Shown here: positions 56,369-64,000 of the stretch, piece after piece
Numbering within the stretch: the stretch's first letter is position 1
Layout of the letters: the number at the start of each line of letters is the position of its first letter
NCBI RefSeq assembly: GCF_009914755.1
Contig: NC_060927.1
Strand: one strand, 5' to 3'
Source: the human T2T-CHM13v2.0 reference genome, Homo sapiens
Length of the DNA stretch: 64,000 bases
Program-made: the position numbers and the translations under genes
Notes under the pieces: generated by a model
What the model was told of the DNA's origin: nothing
Database searches by the model: none
Seen by the model: only the letters and a program-made list of their open reading frames with translations

Positions 56369-57211
56369 ACACATCATACATAAATGAAGGCATATATCAC
56401 AATTAATGTATATTCTTGAATACGTTGCTAAGTTTTAGTTATGTCATCTGTTAATCCTTTAGAAGGATTGGTCTAACATTTTCCACTTCAGTTATGTTTC
56501 TGTAAACAATTTCATGCAAAGTTACTCAACACATCTATAGTCTAAAAGGTTACAATGTTTTGCGTCTTATTCCACCTAATCTGATAGAAATATTACAATA
56601 TAATGTTATTTTTACACATTTGATGACACACCTCTGCATATACTTTTAATTTTTACCTTACTATTCCACTCTGTTTTTGTCCTTATTATACTAGGGTATA
56701 ATATAGTCCAAATTATACTAGGGTATAATTTGATTTTGTTTTTGACCCATTAAGAGTATCTGTCATTTAATAAGAAAACTGAATCTATTTATTCATGTTA
56801 TAACAGGTATGTTTTGCTTTACTTTCACCATGTTGTTCCATTCAAGTTTCCTCTGAATTCATACTCTTTCAATGGGGAATTTATTTACTTTGCTCTTACC
56901 AACTCTACTGCTTTAGAACTTATATTTTTTATTCTTAATTCTACTAATAGTCACCAAAGTTTTTCCATCAGTTTCTAAGAGTGTTTTATAATTCTTTTAA
57001 TTTTTACATTATATATTTTGGTTTATAATATCAGGTGCATATGAATTCAAATAATGTATTTCTGGTGAATTACTCCTTTTGTTATTAAAAATGTCTCTCT
57101 TGTATCCATTAAAAATATTTCTACCTTCTAAGACTTTTTCTCTCAACAACTTCCTTTGATTAGTAAGTTTTGCACTGCTTCTCATTTCCCATTACTATTT
57201 TTCCGTGAAAA

Positions 57212-59490
57212 TTTTTTATTTTATTTAATTTTGTTTTTATTGCATATTTTAAGATATAAGGCACTATGTTTTTATATACATACTTGCAGTGAAGTAATTA
57301 CTACAGACTAATAAATTAACATACCCACCATCTCACATAGTTGTCTTTCTTTTCTTTTCTTTTTTTGTGGTCAGAGTACCTAAAATCCACTCTGAGCACA
57401 TTTTCAGTACACAATAAAATATTAACTATTGTCCTCATGTTGTACATTAGATCTCTGCACTTATTCATCCTACATAACTGAGACTTTGTACCCTTTAACC
57501 TACGTCTTCCCATTTCCCCCATCTCAACCCCTGTTAAATACCATCCTACTCTCTTTCTATGCATTCAATGTATTTATTTATTTATTTTAGATCCCACATA
57601 TAAGCGAGATCATGTAGTATTTTTCTTTTTGTGTCTGGCTTACTTCACTTCACAGAATGTCCTCTAAGTTCATCATCCATGTTGTCTTAAATGCTAGGAT
57701 ATTCTATTTTGAAGCTGAATAGTATTTCATTAAGTATATGTGTAGAGATATATATATATCCCAAATTATTTATATCTGTTCATGGATACTCATATTGTTT
57801 GCATGTCTTCACTATTGTGAATAATGCTGCAATAAACATAGAAATGCAGGTATCTTTACAGGGTGGTGATTTCGTTTCTTTTGAATATACACCCAGAAAA
57901 GGGATTGCTGGATCATATAGTAGTTCTATTTTTAATTTCATTAGGAATCTCTATACTGTTTTCCACAGTGGCTGCACCAATATACATTCTCGCCAACAGT
58001 GTAGAAAGGTTTCCTTTTCTCCAAACTCTCGCTAACACTTATGTCTTGTCTTTTTGATAAAAGCCATCCTAACAGTTGTGAGCTGATATCTCATTATGGT
58101 CTTGATTTGCATTTCCCTGATGATTAGTAGTGTTGAGCATTTTTCATATACCTGTTAGCCATTTTTATGCCTTCTTTGAAGAAATGTTTATTTAGGTCCT
58201 TTGCCCACTTAAAAAAACAGGGTATTCTGTTTTTCTGCTGTTTAGTTGAGCAGATTCCTTCTATATTGTATTTTGAATTAACTCCTTATCAGATATATAA
58301 TTCACCAATGTTTTCTTCCAATCTGTAGGCTGCCTTTTTATTTTGTTGATTATGTCCTTTGCTGCACAGAAGCTTTTTAGTTTGATGTAATCTCACTTAT
58401 TTATTTGTGCTATTGTTGTTTGTTCTTTGGTATCATATCCAAAAAATAATTGCCAAGACTGACGCCTAAGAGCTTTGCCCCTATGTATTCTTATAGAAGT
58501 TTTATGGTTTCAGGTCTTATGTTTTGGTCTTTACTCCATTTTCAGTTGATTTTTGTATATTGTGTACAATACAGGTCCAATTTCATTCTTTTGCATGTAA
58601 ATATCTAGTTCCCCAGCATCATTTGTTGAAGATACAATCCTTTCCCCATGGTATCTTCTTGGTGCCTTTGTCAAAGATTAGTTGACTGGATATGTGTGAG
58701 CTTATTTCTGGGCTCTCTATTCTGTTCCACTGGTCAATGTGTCTGTTTTTGGGTTAGCACCACACCATTTTGATTATTATAGATTTGTACTCAATTTTGA
58801 GATTAGATTAGCTTGATGTCTCTAACTTTGTTCATTTTCTCGAGATTGCTTTGGCTATTCAGGGTCTTTTGCGGTTCCAGATGAACTTTAGGATAGATTT
58901 ATTGTTGTTGCTGTGAAAAATATCATTGAAATTTTGATAGGGATTGCATGGAATCTGAATAATATTTTGGTTAGTATGGGCATTTTTAACAATATTAATT
59001 TTTCCAACCCATGAATACAGGATAACCTCCTTGGTTAAATTTATTCCTAGTTTTTGTACATATTGTGAAAGAGATTGTTTTCTTAATTTTGTTTTCAATG
59101 GCATGTTCTTAATGTACAGAAACACTAGTAATCTTTGTACGTTGATTTTGCATTGTGCAACTTTATCGAATTCATGTGTTCTAATAAATTTTTGATGAAG
59201 TCTATAAGGTTTCCTATAGATAAGATTGTGTTATCTGCAAACAGGAACAATTTAACTGCTTTTTTTTTTCCAATTTAGATGCCTTTTATTTCTTTATTTT
59301 GTCTAATTTCTCTGGCTAGGACTTCTGGTACTGTGTTGAATAGAAATGGTGAGAGTGGGCATCCTTGTCTTATTCCTGATCTTAGGCAAAAAACTTTCAA
59401 CTTTTTTCCATTCAGTATGTTTAGCTGTGGGTTTGTCATATACGGCCTTTATTATGCTGAGATATATTCCTTCTATATCTAATTTGTTGA
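57212..59490 (-). mobile_element. L1MA7/8-type 3' portion
   Basis: CCATCTCACATAGTT and TGTTGTACATTAGATCTCT. ORF2-like peptides KSILKFIWNRKRP and [20 protein letters not shown]. Confidence 0.9.
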
Positions 59491-59502
59491 CATTTTCCCT
59501 CT

Positions 59503-60180
59503 TATTTTTAATTAACATGTAATAATCGTACACATTTATGAGATACAGAGTATTCTGATACATGCACATAATATATAATGATTAAATCAGGATAATTAGC
59601 ATATCTACCACTTAAAACATTTATCATTTCTATTTGTTGTAAACATTCTGAATCTTGTCTTATAGCTTTTTTGAAAATATACACTAAATTATTGTTAACC
59701 ATATCCACTCTACAGTGCTAAAGAACCCTAAAACTTATTCCTCCCATCTAGCTGTAATTTTGCATCCCTTAACCAACCTCTTTCTATTTTTCCCTTTCCC
59801 TACCCTTTCCAGTCTCTAGTAACCATAATTCTACTCTCTAATCCTATGAAATTGATGTTTTAATTCCTATATGACTGAGAACATGCAATATTGATCTTTC
59901 TGTGCCTAACTTATTTCACCTAACGTAACATCCCCCAAGCTCATCCATGTTGCTGTGAATAATAGGATTTCATTTGTTTTATGGCTAAATAATATTCCAC
60001 CCTGTTTATATACCCCTTTTCTTTATCCATTTGTCTGTCGATAGACACTTAAGTTGATTCCATATTTGGCTATTGTGAATACAGCTGCAATGAATATAGG
60101 GTTACAGATATCTCTTCAATATACCGATTTATCCTTTAGATAAATATCTAGTAGTGAGATTGATGGATGGTATAACAGTT
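59503..60180 (-). mobile_element. L1MA4/5-type 3' end
   Basis: TAATAATCGTACACATTTATG...TAATGATTAAATCAGGATAATTAGCATATC...CTTATTCCTCCCATCTAGCTGTAATTTTG. Confidence 0.88.
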
Positions 60181-61561
60181 GTTGAATTTTATTTTTCAAC
60201 TTTCTAATTTTTAAATAACTTTAGACACTTATCAAAACCAGAAATATATCATTGATGTAATTCTATTAATGAAACATTCAACTTTATTTGAATTGTGCCA
60301 GATTTTCTATTAATCTCCCCTTTAGAATTCTACTTAGGTTCAACATTGCATTCAGTTATTTCTCCTTTAGTCTCTTTCAATTTGTTTTTTTTTTATTCAA
60401 GAAGATAGTTTTTAAATGTATATTTATTAGCATAATTTCTAAGTTTTGTTTTCAATTACTCTAGTTTTTTATTCTTGCATTTATATTTCTGCAGTATTTG
60501 TTTTCTGTTATTTTAATATGGCCTTTTAATATTTACAGTTGTCCTCTAGATATTTGAAAGAAATTTATCTTATTTGCAGTTCTATTAGGGGTTAAATTTG
60601 GTTAAAATTATCTCCCTGATAGTTCTCTAATTAGCCATATTACATAAAAACTTTTCTTACTGTTCATCCATTTATTAAGGTATTTCATCACCCTGCTCCA
60701 AGTTTTTATGGGTATGATCTGGGGGTTTTAATACAAGTTATTTTATTCATTTATTATTTTATGATGTAATTTATGCTTTGTATTTACTTTGTTTTCAGTT
60801 TTGCTCCCTGTTGCTTGTGTGTTTTAAAACCTAGAGACTGTCAAACAGAAAGTTTTCAATAATTAATTGTTGATTTAAATTATCATATTTTCACCAGTTT
60901 TCTGGACCTGAATCTTTCAAAATTTGTTTTGAAACTTATCCATTAATCTTTCCCTGTCATAGTTTCTCCAATTTGATTTTTTTCCTTCCAGCTCATTGGC
61001 ATTAAGACTTTTAAAGATATGTTGAAATAATCAAATATTTCAGGCAATATTACATATTTATAAGCACTTTCTATTGTGCTACCATCTGAAATATAATTTG
61101 GCTAAGTTTAAAATTATTCCATCATCAATACCTACCCCTCCCAAAAATATTCTTTACATTGTTTCTATATCTCTCACAACTTGTGTTGCAGAGCAGAAGT
61201 CAAATGTTTTTAATCCTTTTCTAATGTTCTAGATGAATGTAGAATGATTTCCTTTTAATTTTATAATTCAAGCATTTTACCTGACTAATTTTAGATGTGA
61301 GTTTTCTTTTCAGTAATTTTTCTATTGCTTGGTTGCTCCTTTCACACTTCACACATCTTTCCTCAACTGAGAAATTTTTTCAATTCTATTTTTGAATAAT
61401 TTTGTGATCTTGCCATACAAATCTCTTGTTCATAACTCCGAGTTTCTACAGGTTAGATTTCTGTTCTCTGTTTATCAGACCTGTTATTTTCTGTCATTGG
61501 TTCTTTTTGTCATTTTTCTTGTATATTCTGCAAGAATCTACCAGTTTGACCTGCATGTCAT

Positions 61562-61929
61562 TCATTCACTTTTTTATTTGTTTGTTTCTGTATATTCTAA
61601 CTCATATGTGAGGGCTAAAAAAGTTTATCTCAAGGTGGTAGAGAATAGAATGGTGGTTACCAGAGGCTAAGAAGGGTAGGGGAGAAAATGGCATGAAGAG
61701 AGGTTGGTTAATGGGTACAAAGATACAGTTAGGTAGGTACAGTTCTAGTGTTCAATAGCACAGTAAGGTGACTACTATTAATAAGATGCTGTTGTATATT
61801 TTAAAAATAGCTAGAAGAGAAGATTTTGAATGTTTCTAACACAAACAAATGTTAAATGTTTGAGGTGATGAATATCTCAATTACCCTGATTTGATCATTA
61901 GACATTGTAGGCATGTATCATTCACTTTT
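61562..61929. mobile_element. L1MA 3' UTR fragment with TSD and opposite-strand tail (5'-inverted insertion)
   Basis: Sense-strand L1MA 3' UTR at about 61588-61920 with no A-tail. T-rich tract at 61574-61587. TSD TCATTCACTTTT at 61562-61573 and 61918-61929. Confidence 0.8.
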
Positions 61930-62084
61930 AATTGAATCAATTTGATTCTCTATTAAATCAAAATCAAGTATAGAAGAAAGTTTCTGTGTTTTTAGTTTTG
62001 AATATCTTTCTTGATATTATTTAGCTCCTTTTGTATTTCATACTGATATTTCCCTTTGGAACATGGTCTGCTTACCACGTGTTG

Positions 62085-62300
62085 GCAATAGCAGTAATAG
62101 TTTACAGCATGCTAAATATACACTGAGGATGCTGACTATCCATTGAGGACATTATATCCATTACCTTATGCAATTGTCATTATAAGTGTAAAATGTAGGT
62201 TTTGTAATTGTCCACATTTTACACATTAGGTATCTGAGTCACTGTGTAACTTAACTTGTTCAGAGAAACCCAACTCGGAAATGGAGAATCAAGAGAGACA
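62085..62300 (-). mobile_element. MIR
   Basis: TGTCCACATTTTACACATTAGGTATCTGAG...TAACTTGTTCAGAG. Confidence 0.55.
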
Positions 62301-63009
62301 TTGATTCAGGCCAATGTCAGTATCTGATTTCAGCATAACAATACTGAGTTTTCAAAGTATCTATTAATTTACCTGACATTTATAGTTAATCCTTAGACTG
62401 AAATGTCTGTGTCTTCTGAATCATGAATCACATTCATTTTCCTGTAGTATTATATAAATACCTGTGTAGTGTTTTAAAAGTTAATACTTCAATCGGGTCA
62501 ATTTTTTTAGACTTAATATTTGCAACACAAAGGAGACAGACTCTACCATTAGCTAAATTCCCTGTCTGGTGGTTCACAATGCACACACCATGTGTCTAGA
62601 ACTAGAGAACAAACTGACATACACAGCACCTAACATGTGACCATTTCTGCTTCATGGAATTGAGTGACCACCTTCTTCCCTCCTGTTTGCTTCTCGGACA
62701 CTCTGATCCAATGAAAAATATGACAAACTATGCTCTTCCATATACACTACTTCCAGAGTTCTTTTCTCTGTCTTTACCTACAGTATTTACTTTATAGGAG
62801 CCCCACATCTCAGGATAAATGTCACCATGCCAAAATTCCTCCTACTTTATATCTTGTTTTGTTTGTTTGTTTGTTTGTTTGTTTAGATTTGCTGTTGCAC
62901 AATGAATATAGAAAAGAGGAGCAAGGCACAAATGAGAGAAGGAAAAGAAGGAATAATATTGTTGCTAACTAGAAAAATCCATTCCTTTGTAATGGAATGA
63001 AAGTTTTTT

Positions 63010-63731
63010 GTTTGCTTGCTTTTTGGGTTTTTTTATTATACTTTAAGTTTTAGGGTACATGTGCACAACGTGCAGGTTTGTTACATATGTATACATGTGC
63101 TATTTTGGTGTGCTGCACCCATTAACTCATCATTTAACATCAGGTATATCTCCTAATGCTATCCCTCCCCTCTCCCCCCACCCCACAACAGGCCCTGGTG
63201 TGTGATGTTCCCCTTCCTGTGTCCATGTGTTCTCATTGCTCAATTCCCACCTATGAGTGAGAACATGCGGTGTTTGGTTTTTTTGTCCTTGAGATAGTTT
63301 GCTGAGAATGATGGTTTCCAGCTTCATTCATGTCCCTACAAAGGACATGAACTCATCATTTTTTATGGCTGCATAGTATTCCATGGTGTATATGTGCCAC
63401 ATTTTCTTAATCCAGTCTATCATTGTTGGACATTTGGCTTGGTTCCAAGTCTTTGCTATTGTGAATAGTGCTGCAATAAACATACGTGTGCATGTGTCTT
63501 TATAGCAGCATGTTTTATAATCCTTTGGGTATATACCCAGTAATGGGGTGGCTGGGTCAAATGGTATTTCTAGTTCTAGATCCCTGAGGAATCGCCACAC
63601 TGACTTCCACAATGGTTGAACTAGTTTACAATCCCACCAACAGTGTAAAAGTGTTCCTATTTCTCCACATCCTCTCCAGCATAAAATTCAGCATCTGACT
63701 TTTTAATGATCGCCATTCTAACTGGTGCGAG
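63010..63731 (-). mobile_element. 5'-truncated L1PA3/4, about 720 bp, 18-bp TSD
   Basis: TATACTTTAAGTTTTAGGGTACATGTGCACAACGTGCAGG; ORF2 C-terminus WKSVWRFLRDLELEIPFDPA. TSD ATGGAATGAAAGTTTTTT at 62992-63009 and 63732-63749. Confidence 0.96.
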
Positions 63732-63770
63732 ATGGAATGAAAGTTTTTTAGTTTTCTGATTCATAACAAC

Positions 63771-64000
63771 TGATGAAGACTCTCTCCTTTAACAAAACTT
63801 GAGTCAGGCTCCTGTGAGTTCTTTATGACTAGACCCAACCTTGGGTTACCCTCTCTATCCTTGTAGAATCAAGTATGAGCAAGAATCCTGCTAAGGTAGT
63901 TTGGTGAAAATCCCCCATCCTCGATATCTGACCACCCTCAATAGCTGATCACCCTGGCCTACCTTCGGCAATAATTCTGTCAAGTTGGTGTAGCCAGGAA
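63771..64000 (+). mobile_element. MER31-like ERV1 LTR, running off the window end
   Basis: TGATGAAGACTCTCTCCTT...AGTCAGGCTCCT...AGCAAGAATCCTGCTAAG...AATCCCCCATCCTCGATATCTGA. Confidence 0.82.

Overview
AT-rich, CpG-poor primate genomic DNA (AluY and L1PA3/4 point to a catarrhine, compatible with human). It looks intergenic or deep-intronic. I find no supportable protein-coding gene, RNA gene, CpG island or CRISPR array. The ORF track is explained by Alu, L1 or MaLR-internal translations and by chance ORFs. Most of the window is transposable elements: 10 Alus plus one FLAM; a near full-length dead L1PA10-12-type element (35.2-42.3 kb); several L1MA/L1M pieces; a 5'-truncated L1PA3/4; a complete THE1C element with TSD; MST, MLT1, MLT2, LTR16, LTR40 and MER31 LTRs; an ERVL gag remnant; DNA transposons (MER58B, MADE2, Tigger3a, MER20); and MIR/L2 relics. 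Subfamily names come from recalled consensus features and need RepeatMasker/Dfam confirmation. I see no convincing new biological system. The most notable signals are repair and retrotransposition scars: a 30-bp locally templated insertion inside an Alu, an almost wholly inverted (twin-primed) L1 fragment, a duplication junction carrying (CCCTAA)3, and a multi-layer nested L1/L1/MSTA/Alu stack. There are also a few unverified splice-flanked exon candidates, mostly in the repeat-poor 2.8-11.5 kb block.
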